Assembly (NCBI RefSeq): GCF_006345805.1
Contig: NC_043009.1
Location: 33,542,001 to 33,606,000 of the forward strand
From: Octopus sinensis
Taxonomy: Eukaryota
Direction: 5' to 3'
Length of the DNA: 64,000 nucleotides
The notes below the pieces were generated by a model, which had not been told where the DNA came from, made no database searches, and saw only the letters and a list, made by a program, of their open reading frames with translations. The number at the start of each line of letters is the position of its first letter. The stretch's first letter is position 1. Shown here piece after piece: positions 1-13,745 of the stretch. The translations under genes and the position numbers were made by a program.

Positions 1-1140
<1,140 letters not shown>

Positions 1141-1472
1141 AGATAATAATTATTTGAACAGTGAACAGCAAAATTTTAAATGATGATATGCATATTTTTT
1201 CTTAATACGATCCGGCAGATTCAAACGTAAATAAGCTAGTTGCTGTTGTGTACGTCACAGGAAACAACCCCAACTTTTTACGATGTCTGTGTGCTCATAA
1301 TAATTTCGGTCCAAGGGCACAAGGGGTTCTATATATAGTATTACTCTGATGATCAATTACGTGAAACGCTGTGTAGCAGTTTGTGAAGTCTTTTCAACTT
1401 GGATAAAATATTTTACTTTTTGATATTCTAATACTATTTTCCATTGCATTTCGCTCTAGTGTACTTATATGA

Positions 1473-1563
1473 GTGTGTGTGTGTGATGGTGGTGGTGTGT
1501 GTGTGATGGTGGTGGTGTGTGTGTGATGGTGGTGGTGTGTGTGTGATGGTGGTGGTGTGTGTG
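1473..1563. repeat. 20-bp minisatellite (GTGTGATGGTGGTGGTGTGT) x4
   Basis: Four consecutive identical units. Confidence 0.9.
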
Positions 1564-1927
1564 TTCGTGTGTATGCATGTATATGTATGCATGTGTGTAA
1601 GTATGTATGTACACACACAGTAAAACAGATATTAGTAATCAAATGAGAATAAGAGGAAACTAAATCAGGATACAATGGATGGTCGTCCATTAGTGACAGC
1701 AATTTAACGCAATTAGGAATTTGAGCAAGGAGAACTGAAGAAATCCGCTCTGTTGTAATTGGTAGCAAACCTTTGTAAAATTATCTGAAGATTAGTAAAT
1801 ACACGCTCATATGAATCGTAACATAAAATAGAAACATCACATGTAAAAATATTATGGAGAGGCCATTTTTATGGTTGTTTACATTTTGAAATAGATACTT
1901 TCATAAGAATATTTTCCTCGGTTGCTT

Positions 1928-2291
1928 CAACCTCGTTTTTGTGGAATAAACAACAGAAATCATTGACATATTTTCAATGTTGTATGATGGGTGAGATGAA
2001 GGTAAAAATTGGGTAGTGTTGGTATAAGGTAACAGATTATCAGAGCCGTTAGAGCATCGGATGGAAATGAAAGTGTTTTTTTGGTATTTGTTCCGGTTGA
2101 TTTCAAATCCACAACCTCGTTTTTGTGGAATAAACAACAGAAATCATTGACACATTTTCAATGTTGTATGATGGGTGAGATGAAGGTAAAAATTGGGTAG
2201 TGTTGGTATAAGGTAACAGATTATCAGAGTCATTAGAGCATCGGATGGAAATGATGTTTTTTGGTATTTGTTCCGGTTGATTTCAAATCCA
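1928..2291. repeat. Tandem duplication, unit about 184 bp x2
   Basis: CAACCTCGTTTTTGTGGAATAAAC... starts at 1928 and again at 2112; both copies end in TTTCAAATCCA with few differences. Confidence 0.95.
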
Positions 2292-2580
2292 TCGAGGTTT
2301 CTGGATTGATGGATAAAGTACGAATCAAATATGGGTACAGGTTTTTTTCTTACTTTTTGTCTCTTTTTCCGTTCCTCATAATCAGTTGCTAACGACAAGG
2401 TGGTGTCTTGTAAAGCAAAAACATACAAAGAAAGGTGCCATGAAAGCACATTTTCTCTTGAAAATTTCATAAAAAGACATCGTAATAATCATGGTCGTTC
2501 GATGGTGAAAGTAAGAGATTGTTGATATTTTCTATGAAAACTGGGTGAAAATTCATAGCTTGCAGAGATATCATATATTT

Positions 2581-2784
2581 AAGGACATAACTGATCTCGA
2601 TTATTGGGACCCTCTTAAAGCATTGAAACTCTATTCTCTCCAGCGCCGCCGTGAGTGATACATCATTTGCACAATGTGAAGAATATACCACCAGCATTGC
2701 CCAAATGACCTCAATATTAGCTTCAAAATTCATCCAAGGGAAGGACCACTGGCCATACGTCCCTTACCCAAGGTTAGCTCTCTG
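2581..2784 (+). mobile_element. CR1/L2-type LINE ORF2 C-terminal fragment (decayed)
   Basis: Frame from 2581 reads KDITDLDYWDPLKALKLYSLQRRRE*YIICTM*RIYHQHCPND, resembling the 'Y.ERL..L.L.SL..RR' C-terminal motif of CR1/L2 ORF2; two in-frame stops. Confidence 0.7.
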
Positions 2785-3150
2785 GGAATATATGTCAGGT
2801 ATCGATCTTCTGGCCACCTCTTTAATCTGCACCGATTTGCTGCCAATTCAAAAGCTTTCCAGTCTCTTATTCGTGACCTCCTTTATGCAGATGACTGCGC
2901 TTTAGTCACTCATATAGTGGATGACATGCAAATACTTATGAATCGTATTTCTGCTTCATGCAAGGCGTTTGGACTCAGCATTAGCCTGGACAAGACTGTT
3001 ATAATGTTCCAACCTGGAAATCCATGCGTGGAACCAGCTATTTTGGTTGAAGGAACAATTCTGAAAGTGGTAGACAAGTTTGTCTACCTGAGCAGCACAC
3101 TCAGCTGTTCTTGCTCCCTGGATGATGAAATATCTTTCAGGCTGCAGAGA
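2785..3150 (+). mobile_element. RTE (BovB-like) LINE reverse transcriptase fragment
   Basis: GIYVRYRSSGHLFNLHRF...LIRDLLYADDCALV...FGLSISLDKTVIMFQP...VDKFVYLSSTLS...LDDEISFRL; YADD at 2884-2895; motif layout typical of RTE RT. Confidence 0.9.
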
Positions 3151-3272
3151 TGTATGAAGAAAACAGCTCACCGAACCATCTCGAACGTAAGCCAATAAGA
3201 TATCGTATGGATATAATGCCTCGTTCTTTATTTCATTACGATATATGCATCTACATACATACATGTACAAAT

Positions 3273-3316
<44 letters not shown>

Positions 3317-3821
3317 TATACACGCACACACACACATGGTTGATTTCCTATGGCCGGTCAGAAAGTGACCATTGGTTTCGCATCTATAAAGCGCTTGGCT
3401 GTATGTCTTATGCTAACATATTCATACCAATGCATACATACTGACAAGTATACGTACATGCATTAATACACAGAAACACGGATACATCTGTACGCATAAA
3501 TATATAAGTTTATAGAACCCGACACACTTGTATTCATATATATCCTTTTGTGCATGTACACCCATTCATAAAAATGCACACACACGTACACACACACTCA
3601 CACATTCATGCACACACCCTGCACATTCGCATACACAGTAAACAATAGACACACACGTATACACATACACCGACATACACTAGCATGCACAAACTACTTG
3701 ACGTTCATCCATTATTAAACATACGTATTGACATACAGACTGACAGACACACAGACACGATCGTTCAATACGGTATTCATACGTGGCATGCATGGATGAG
3801 AGAGATTCTCTGTGTGTGTGT

Positions 3822-3868
<47 letters not shown>

Positions 3869-4924
3869 CTACTACGTGTGTGTGTGTGCGGAAAGAGAGA
3901 GAGAGTGACAGACAGAGAATGAAGTAGATTGATAATTGGATATACAGATAGTTATCCGAATTTGTGTCTACTTGATAACATGTATAAGGTATGTATGTAT
4001 AAAATTATATATGTGTATATACAGTTGTGTAAGTATGTATGTATGTATGTATGTATGAATATATATATATTTGCCAACAGGGACACATTTAAATACATAT
4101 AGACATGTACATATTTGCACACACACACACATATATATATACAGATAGATAGATAGATATACATATCCATATATATATATATATATATACATACACATAT
4201 ACAAGTATGCACATATAAATACATAGTTCTACAAATACGTATGTTCCTGAACAAATATATACATATACGTATATATGCATGTAAACACACACACATACAC
4301 ACACACACATGCACACACACACACACCACACACACACACACACGCCCATGCACACTCGCACACCAGCGCTTGCACACACGAACACTCTCTGCAGCTATTC
4401 TAAACATGCCATTATGTTTTTGATGCCTTCTTCTGGCTGACCTTTTCTATTTTCAGAACATTTCCACATTGATAATGTTACCACGGGAAGGTTGGCTTTT
4501 TTTTTTTCATCAAATTCTGGCTCCCAACTCCAACATTGGCCACGTGATATAACTGGGACAATCAGTAGACACCTTGGGTAATTGGGGGTGGGGTGGGGGT
4601 AAGGTCGATATTAACACGGTTAATATAAGAAGCCAGCGAATACAACCGTAATACAGGATAGGTGGGGTCGGGTGAGAATCTTAGCAGAACGGCTAATTCA
4701 GGTCCAAGAATTCAGGGGAGACAATCTCGAAAATTTAATTAAAATTAATTTTAAACACAGCATTGGTATAGTAGCGTAGACAATGTAAGCAATGTAGTAC
4801 AGGAAGATAACTTTAGACATGCTTCTGCCTTATTATACCACATCGTTAAATTTCTAGTTTTTACCAACACTGACGGACGAAGATGGCTTAAGAAATATAT
4901 GTAGATTGTTGACAAAGTTTCCAA

Positions 4925-5070
4925 TTAATGGCTTCTGATTTAGGCACAAGGCCAGCAAATTTAATGGTGGGAAATTATTCAGTACCATTGACTCCAGTAT
5001 TTGACTGAAGCCTTGCTTTTTCAACCCGGGAGGGAGGGACAGCATAGTTGACCTCGGCAGGATAACTTAA
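4925..5070 (-). mobile_element. Decayed tRNA-derived SINE, family B (core GAGGTCGACTTTGCCTTTCATCCTTTCGGGGTCGATAAA)
   Basis: Similar to better copies at 23385-23988 and 45175-45572. Other copies at about 5605-5830(+), 7015-7205(-), 15400-15575(+), 22620-22770(+), 30540-30690(-), 41408-41625(+), 50452-50660(+), 58780-58890(+). Confidence 0.7.
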
Positions 5071-5269
5071 GATGAGATTTCTAATTAATATGATTTCCAC
5101 ATATAGCAGAGATAGAGACAGGACCAGGCAAGATATTAACAGCTGATACGTGGACCCGGCCTTCACATACAGAATTAAATTGGATTATTAGGAGAGAGAT
5201 TAAATACAGAATTAAATCGAGTTATTAAGAGAAAGAGATACTTTCTTTCGTCAAGAGAGAAAGTCAGTC

Positions 5270-5470
5270 AACAACAACAATAGATATGCCTGTTGTTGCT
5301 TAGTCTCTAGTCAGCTCCTAGTCTACCATCAAGGTGTCTTCCAGCCGTGACCGTCTTGTCGTTACTTGAGAAAAGGCTATCTAGGACATCATCCAATGTA
5401 TTCTTTCGTTTTCAAGACAGTAGAACTACATATTTGAGAGGAATCTGACTTAATTTCTCATAAATATAAC
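5270..5470 (+). mobile_element. Interspersed repeat family C (SINE-like; ...TTCCAGCCGTGACC...TTTGAGGGAGATTTGGCTGCTATTTCTAGCAGGTCGAGC), decayed
   Basis: Related segments at about 6530-6765, 7240-7455, 7490-7630, 11160-11345(-), 56620-56850 and 59810-60000(-). Confidence 0.6.
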
Positions 5471-6171
5471 AACCCTTTAATCATGGAGGAATTTTGCCTT
5501 CATTCATATTTAAACCAACCCTTACCGATGTTCTTAAAAACCCATGGTGAGAAAACTTCGTTTGAATCTTAAAATCAAAACTATACTTAAGCATTAGTTG
5601 TCTATTTAAGGCGAGAATTGGCCGAGTCGGTAGAGCATCGGATAGAATTCTGAGTTCAGATCCTACCCGGATTAGTTTTATCTTTTTATACCTTCATGGT
5701 CGGTAAAATAAAATAGCAATGCAGGGCGATGGATTAGAAGAATTATCGGTGCGTTGAACAAGGCCTCTTATGATATTTACACCAGAGAATCTTTCCGTTC
5801 TGACAGCAGCGCTTATAATGATACTTTTTGCTTCGGCCCCTACTTTCACTGGGTCAACATCACTGCAATCGCTGGATTTTCATGAAAGGAAAATCTTATC
5901 GTGGCCTCCACGTTGCAGAGGAGGAATATTCTAGAGGCAGGTCTACAGCCTCATGGGACATATGGAGGATCCTTCCGCCCCAAAATGCTTACGAATATGT
6001 GATAATAAAAATTCAATTCTTTGTTGTATCTTGGGAGGTTTCTTATGCCAATAATAAACACGCGCAATGGCTCTCTTTCACTTATTTTATCATTATTAGT
6101 CAAATACTTAATCATTTAACCAATAAACTGATTGTTTAATTAATTGTTCAGTCGGTCAGTCAGTTAGGTTC

Positions 6172-6212
6172 GTCAGAGTCCTTTCGTCGCCATTTGCGAC
6201 CTCATCAATGAC
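6172..6212 (-). ncRNA. Minimal type I hammerhead ribozyme motif (Penelope-like), C3U variant
   Basis: Minus strand: GTCA-TTGATGA-G-GTCGC-aaatg-GCGAC-GAAA-GGAC-TC-TGAC. Stem I GTCA/TGAC, stem II GTCGC/GCGAC, GAAA core, CUC cleavage triplet. Confidence 0.75.
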
Positions 6213-8360
6213 ATGCCCTGTCTACAATAGATTTGAAGCAGGCCTAAAATATGATAAAAGAAGTGAGATAGAACCAGTGTCTGTGTTTAGTATTGGGCAT
6301 AATGACCCTCCCAAGATACAACAAAATCTGTATCGACACACGATTTCACATCAAGAATCTTGTTAATCAAATACTAAAACGAAATATTTCAATTTTCCCC
6401 ATCATAAACGTCCGTCTTTGCCCACCACCACAGTTAAGTAATGTACCCGTAACCCACCCCTTTCTACTAAATATGTTTTCCCTTATTCATAGCAAGGGGA
6501 CTCATATTTGAACAGAATGTTTAGATTGTTGTTGTCGTAGTTGCTGTCGTTGCTGTTTAAATTCAAGTCGACCCTGACTAAGAAATCTTACGATTAAAAA
6601 TGTTCCGACCGTGCCTATCCATTCTTTTTTGCATGTACAAGGGACCTAGGACCACATTGTCAAACTTGTTCTATTCTGAGACAGTAAGTTGTGAAATTAG
6701 GAAGATTTAGCTATTATTTCTAGCAGGTCGAGCGACTGTGTAGAGGTTCCTTGATTGACCCGTGAATGTTTGCGCGATAAAAGGAAACGAAGGTGAAGTA
6801 GGGGGTGGTGCGTAACAAACGGGGAGGTTTATGTCGTTAATACGGTAATGTTTAATTAATGCAATGACGTAGATTTACTGAGGGATTATGGGAAGCTTAG
6901 TGACTTTGCTAATTGGTTATACTGTATTTCATAGTTGATATGACTTCTACATTTTTAATATCCCATAAAAAAGCATCTTAAAAACAGAGGGTTTGCGTTA
7001 CTAGTAAATGGTTGATAATAATATTGGTTTCAAATTTTGGCACAAGGCAAGCAAGTTCTGGGAAGGGGAGATGAGTCTATTATATCGACACCCAGTGCTC
7101 AACTTGTACTTATTTTATCGACCCTGAAAGGACGAAAGGCAAAGTGAACCTCGGACGAAATGCTGCTAAGCATTTTGTCCGGCATGCAAGAGCTTCTGTC
7201 AGCCTTCAAGGACCAATACTCGAGCCTCATATAAACCATCAAATATGATAATCCTCATCAAGTCAGTTTTGATAGAGTGGACCTATGATCAAAAGGTGTT
7301 CCAAGGATGACCATCTTAACTTTTTGTACAACTGGTTCATCATTACCCAAGATATCCTTCGCTTTTTCTCTTTAAGACAGTATATTGGGATTGGAGGGTA
7401 AATTGGCAGTTATTTTTAGCAGGTGGGGTGATGACGTAGAGGTTCCTTTATTGATTCTGTTCACTAGAGTATTAAATAGTGTTGTTGCTGTTGTTATTAA
7501 ACCCTTGGTTAATTCCAAGTGATCAAAGTTATTCCATCCGTGACTATCCTTATTGTTTAAGACAATAGAATATCATTTCAGAGATATTTGCCAGCTATTT
7601 CTAGCAATCAATCAACTGCCACTGATAACTTGCAGTTGATAAATTTACTCACAAAGAAGGTCGGCCCCGCCTGACCCCTGATGAAATGAGGTAGGGCAGT
7701 TATCCTCATAATAAACCCGAGACTTGACCCGAAAACTTTAATCTGGAACCCTGCTTAAAACTCCCAAGACCACATGGGAGTGTGATGTTAGACCAGGTGA
7801 GAGTTTAAATGAACTAAACAAGAACAGGAACGGCTTCCAAACAGTTTCCAGTTTCCAAAATTCACTCACAGCGTTTTAGTCCACTGGAGATAAGAATGAA
7901 GGCACTTGCCCAAGGTGCCGTGTCACTGATGAACTGGACCCGAAACTACATATTCGCAAAGTTTCTAAACCAGGAAGAAATTGTAGAGGGTGAGAGTAAT
8001 TACAAGATTACTGATGAGAGTAATTATGCAATTCTAGATTTGGTGAAAGAAGAAGCAGATGAAAGTTGTAGAAGATATGGAGATGAGGTTTTAATGGTTA
8101 CCAGCTTTTGGAGATGGAAGTTGTTCATTTGGCTGGTCACCTAAGGGACATTCTACAGCGTAGAGTGGTAATTCCTGGCTGTGGTGAATCCATAAATCCG
8201 GAATCACACGGCGTGCCTGAAAAGAAGAAAAAAACATTTACATCAATAATATTAACCTTGTGTTAACATTTAATAATGTTTATTACACAATATTTATTTT
8301 GCTTATTGTTATGTTGATTTTGTCATGTTTTTTAAAGTAATATCATTCTTATGTTTTAAA

Positions 8361-8682
8361 AGACTCCGCCAGTTACGACGACGAGGGTCCCAGCTGATAC
8401 GATCAGCGGAACAGCTTGCTCGTGAAATTAACGTGCAATGGCTGAGCATTCCACAGGCACGTGTGTACCCTTAACGTAGTTCTCGGAGATAATCAGCGCG
8501 TGACACAGAGAGTGACAAGGCTGACCCTTTGAAATACAAGTACAACTCATTTTTGCCAGCTGAGTGGACTGGAGCAACGTGAAATAAAGTGTCTTGCTCA
8601 AGGACACAACGCGTTGCCGGAATCGAACTCACAACTTACGATCATGAGCCGAATGCCCTACCACTAAGCCACGCGCCCTCAC
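8361..8682 (-). mobile_element. tRNA-derived CORE-like SINE (family D), near full length
   Basis: Minus strand begins GTGAGGGCGCGTGGCTTAGTGGT (A box)...GAGTTCGATTCC (B box), followed by the CORE-like TGTGTCCTTGAGCAAGACACTTTATTTCAC. Confidence 0.85.
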
Positions 8683-9299
8683 TTCTTATGTTTATTATGC
8701 CGTGTTTATACAATGATGTTTATATCTATTATGTAATGTGTTACACTGCAATGTTATTATTTTATGTAATATTTAGAGTTATATTATGTTTATTACGTAA
8801 TATTTGGCATGTAGTATGTGTGGTTTACTGCTATATCATGTTTAAGTAGTGTTTATTGAATAATGTTTTATGTAATGTTTATGTTATGTTTAGTGAGTGT
8901 TGAGTAATGTTTATTGCGTAATATTTAATGTGTCAGATTGTTTTTATTATGTAATCTTTATTGCTTTATTATGATTATGCAATATTTATTGTTATGTTCA
9001 TTATGTGAAGTAGTTAAGATTTAGCTATTCTAAAAATATTTCGTGTATGTAGAATAGAAACAATGACAAGTCTGTTCAGCAGTGGGTGTATAAAATATAA
9101 TATTAAAGAAACCAGTACAAGAAGATCGCAGGTTTTATAAAGATAGGTAATAAAACGAATTACAACCAGATTCAATGGAATTCAGACGAAACATGGTAAG
9201 ATCAAGTAAGCGTTCTTTGCGTCTATAAATCTCCATGTTATAAATAGACTCTTTTTGAATATCAATTTATTAATAGAAAATTCCGAAAGCCCTGCATTT

Positions 9300-9500
9300 T
9301 GACTGCAGCGAATTTATTCATAGCGACAACGTAGTCGGAGGAGAGAAAGTGGCGCCATGACAAGACTGGCGCTCATTTTCTGTTAAATAGTTGGAACAGA
9401 GTGAAATGAAGTGTTTTGGGCACCGCACGCCACCTGGTTTAGGAATGAAACACATAACCATCCGATCGGGAAGCCAGTCAGTACCATAAGCAATAGGCAT
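9300..9500 (-). mobile_element. Highly decayed SINE-like fragment
   Basis: Minus strand has a degenerate B box and CORE-like tract (GTTTCATTCCTAAACC...GCCCAAAACACTTCATTTCACTCTG). Confidence 0.4.
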
Positions 9501-9521
9501 GCGGTTTCATAGACCAGACTA

Positions 9522-9621
9522 NNNNNNNNNNNNNNNNNNNNNNNNNNNNNNNNNNNNNNNNNNNNNNNNNNNNNNNNNNNNNNNNNNNNNNNNNNNNNNN
9601 NNNNNNNNNNNNNNNNNNNNN
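9522..9621. other. Assembly gap (100 N)
   Basis: Run of 100 N. Confidence 1.
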
Positions 9622-9979
9622 ATAAATTGACTTACGCACCCCGCCCCATACCATACATTCATCTTGATATATATACAAACACGTTGACAACTTGCCACCT
9701 AATATCGACAAATACACATACATTAACATCATACTGCATATATATACACACACACACTCATATACATATATATACTTACAAATATACATGTACGTGAATG
9801 TATGTATGTATGTATGTATGTGTGTGTGTATGTATGTATGTATGTATGTATGTATGTATGTATGTATGTATGTATGTACGTATGAATGTATGTATGTATG
9901 TGTATACGTCTATGTGTATATACCATCCACACGGCACATACACTCGTGGTTGACTAAATTTTCAGTGTCCTAATTTTTA

Positions 9980-10022
<43 letters not shown>

Positions 10023-10157
10023 TGCATACGAATTGTCTCTTGAGGTTCACAAGTGTATATATGTATATATGTTTCTATGTATATGTGCAAATGTGTGTGT
10101 GCAGTGTGAGGTGTGTGCAGTTACACTGCAAGGGGATGTGTGTAGAGAGGTTGAGCG

Positions 10158-10258
10158 ATAAAGAAAGAAAGAAAAGAAAGAAAAGACCGGAAAGAAAAAG
10201 AGAAAGAAAGAAAGAAAGAAAGAAAGAAGAAAGAAAGAAGAAAAAAGAAGAAAAGAAC

Positions 10259-10289
<31 letters not shown>

Positions 10290-10291
10290 AG

Positions 10292-10357
<66 letters not shown>

Positions 10358-10358
10358 C
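10158..10358. repeat. (GAAA)n microsatellite
   Basis: Read directly; source of the KERK/FLSF ORFs. Confidence 0.97.
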
Positions 10359-11865
10359 AAGCGTGTGCAGGGTATCGAGGTTGAGGGTGGGGAGAGAAGG
10401 AGTCGGAGTAGAGAGGGTAGGGAGTGCCGTGTTGATGAGAGAAATCGCGGGTGGAAAACAAACGTCTGTCTTTCGTCTCATTGATATAAAATATCACCAA
10501 ATTCCAACAATTTCAAATAAACATGTTGTCATGGAAACAGTAAAAGTGTACATTCCATTCTTTGAGATTGGACACCCGAAATCATGAAGGAATATTCTAA
10601 GAACTGCTGCTAAATAAACACATTAGAGTTCACACTTAATCGAAAAAGGGAGACATTACCAAGAAAAGGACCAAAGAATTCTTTGTTTTGGATCTACTAA
10701 TGAAAGTGCAATGTTTTGTTTTGTTTTGTTTTTGTTTTTTTAATGTCAGAATGTTTGTTTTTAAAATGTGTTCAACATGTCCCTGTGGCCAGTCCCGGAG
10801 CGTGATCAAATCTCAAATCCTACTTGATGCTGTTGTTTACGTTTTGAATTATTTTATTTACATCCGCAAGGAATTCTTGCTCACGGAGAGATTATGAGGA
10901 CAAACTCAATCATATGAAGACATAAAAATCTTATTCGTTTGCTTCCTTAAACACGTTGGAATATTCTCGTGAGGAATATGTAAAACACAGATTTGGTTCT
11001 TGAGTGCAAATATTAATGTAACAGTCTGATCTATGACCTCCGAAGAGATTCATAATGTCGGTATTTAGATCTAGATTCAACAGCATTTAGCAGAAGCCAG
11101 ATACATTTTATTTCGGGTAGGATTACACCCACAGAGAATCCACTATAGATTATCGCCTGGTAATTCAACAAATACTATTCATCTACCAACAACGGAGTAT
11201 GTAGTTGCTCGACCTGCTATAAATAGTAACCAATACTCCCTCAAATCATACACTAGTGCCTTAAATGAGAAAAGAACAGATAATCTAGCCATATATGTCT
11301 CTAAGAGGGATGGTCATGGCTGGAATATCTATAATCGATCACAACTAAGATTGCTCGAAGGCGACACAAGATGGTGTTGTTTGTGATGCCAGTAATGCCA
11401 GTGTTGTTGCTTTTTGTTTTTTTAATGATTTGACCTAGAGTAAAAGATGATCCCAGTACCTTCTCAGGCTGCCCGACACAGTTGCGATTAACGTGGCAAA
11501 CGTTTTTCTGAAATATTTTTTTTAAAAACTTTAGATATTTTGTTCATTAGGAATCACTAAAAACTGAGTTAGAGCAGAAACACGAAAACGGAAAATTGAA
11601 TTACAAGGAATTTACTTGAAACAACCGAGGTAAAATGCTGGAATAAACGTATGCCCCCGAATCGAGTGATTAAGGACGCATACGCTATGTATGTATGTTG
11701 TATGTATGTATGTGCGTATGTAATTATGTATGCATGCATGCATGTATGTATGTATGTTTATGTATGCATGCATGTGTAAAGAGAAAGAGAGAGAGAGAGA
11801 GAAAATGATCATGAGAACGAGATATACAGAAGTGAGTATTATATATATATATATATATATATATA

Positions 11866-12015
11866 GGTGCAAGAGTATATATACTTCCCATCCACATGGT
11901 TCTGGGTTCAGTCCCACCGCGTGGAACCTTGGGGAAGTGTCTTCTACTTAGCTTCGGGTTGACTAAAGCCTTGTGATTGGATTTGGTAGACGGAAACTGA
12001 AAGAAGCCCTTTGGT
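11866..12015 (+). mobile_element. CORE-type SINE family A, 5' half
   Basis: CCACATGGTTCTGGGTTCAGTCCCACCGCGTGGAACCTTGGGGAAGTGTCTTC...GGATTTGGTAGACGGAAACTGAAAGAAGCCC, then (TA)n. Confidence 0.85.
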
Positions 12016-12061
12016 GTATATATATATAATATATATAATATATATATATATATATATAATA

Positions 12062-12105
<44 letters not shown>

Positions 12106-12394
12106 GGAACAAAAACGCTATAGAGGGCATTAAAACGTTCGGACAGATAGATGATACAAAGGCGCACAAGAGAAACAACAATATGAAGGACAGGCAAAAG
12201 AAACGGGTCATTCTTGGCTTTCTTTCATTAGTCAAGATGGTTCGATCTGGTTGCCCCTAAAAAAGTCTAAGCTAAGAATATTAGACCCCTTTGTAAGAAA
12301 ACTAACGAATGTGTACGGCAACAAAGACAAAAAACAAACATATATGTATTTATATATATATATATAGCAATAATAAATCTCTAAGTGAGATGTA

Positions 12395-12479
<85 letters not shown>

Positions 12480-13419
12480 GTATATACTTACATATACGCC
12501 CATTCATAAGCACACAAACACACAAACACACACACACACATACCTACATATACACATACACACTCGTACACACACAAACACTTACACAGATACACACACG
12601 GGCGTGCACATACTCATACACTCTCAAACACTTTCATTAATACACACAATACACACACACATACCCATTGCCAAGTTTATTCAGTCTCTTCGCGGATGTA
12701 ATTTTCAATGGCGTCTCATGTTTCATTATATTAGTATGGAGTGTTTAGTAAAAGCTATAAATAGTTCGATAGTTACTTGCCGGAGGACCCTCAAAAGGGA
12801 TTCATATTCATTAAAAGATGCTGATACTGTTTGTTTAAAGAAATATCTTAATTCTTATCTAGGATTTCCTCTTGCGATATCAACTTCTCGACATTGGCCC
12901 ATTTAAATATTTGCTGCTATCAGATGTCGACGTAGAGCGAAAACCAGGAATTTCCTACTCAATTCACCAAAAGTTTCTTCGCATTTTTGTTGATTTTGTT
13001 GTTGTTGTTGTTGTTGTTGTTACTGCTGTTCTTGTTGCTCTTGGTTGTTGTTATTGTTGCTATCTATTTTGCCCCAAGTCAGCCCTGACGAGACCTTCAA
13101 TGATCGAAGGCGCTCCAATGTTGCGAGTGTAGGTGCTTCTTTCTTTTTCAGACATGTTGTACCAATGACTGCATCGCCAATAGGTCTTACCTTTTTTTTT
13201 AATACAAAGTGTGATATGTCATAGCTCCTCCCAGCTGGTCGGACACAGCGCGTGAAGGCTTCCCTGTTGACCTGTCGTTTATGTTTTTGTGAGGTGGAGG
13301 GAGCTGTTTGTTTTGTTTTGTTTCTTTCTTGGTGTTTAAATTAAGATGAACTTATTCGGTAGTTTAGGTGAGTCCTGTGGCCTTAACGAATCGTTCTGCA
13401 GCGTGTTTAGAGAAAGGTC

Positions 13420-13630
13420 GGGAAAGATCTACTCACACAGCCAAAGAAAGAAATAGATAGAGAGAGTTTACGAAAAAAACAAAAGACGAAGACAGGTGGT
13501 GTACAAAACGAACAGATGTATTAGTATAACGTTCAGGAATAGAAAAAGTCTTTTACGTTTCGAGCCTACGCTCTTCTACAGAAAGGGACACAGAAAAAAA
13601 ACAAAGAGAGAAACAAGGAGAGAAAAAAAG
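13420..13630 (-). mobile_element. Penelope-like terminal repeat (pLTR) fragment
   Basis: Carries the hammerhead-like motif at 13550-13585; Penelope assignment is inferred from that motif. Confidence 0.55.
13550..13585 (-). ncRNA. Minimal hammerhead ribozyme motif, CUGUAGA core variant
   Basis: Minus strand: CTTT-CTGTAGA-A-GAGC-gtag-GCTC-GAAA-CG-TA-AAAG. Stem I CTTT/AAAG, stem II GAGC/GCTC, palindromic ACGT in place of stem III. Confidence 0.65.
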
Positions 13631-13708
13631 TGTGTGTAGTGACTAACGATCTATCAGGGCGCATTAACTCTCTCTCTCTCTCTTTCTCTTTCTCTCTCTC
13701 TTTCTCTT

Positions 13709-13745
<37 letters not shown>

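Noticed and set aside
1346-1370. CTGATGA-TCAATTACGT-GAAACG
   Set aside because: Core boxes are present but stems I and II do not pair convincingly.
4706-4742. GAGA-caa-TCTC-GAAA hairpin flanked by AATT/AATT
   Set aside because: The CUGANGA box is absent.
7676-7735. CTGATGA followed by an ATGAGG/CCTCAT hairpin
   Set aside because: GAAA does not follow the stem and there is no stem I; at best a heavily decayed remnant.
7926-7946. CTGATGA...CGAAAC hammerhead-like string
   Set aside because: No stem II can form, and the string sits in the decayed B-box region of a family-A SINE head.
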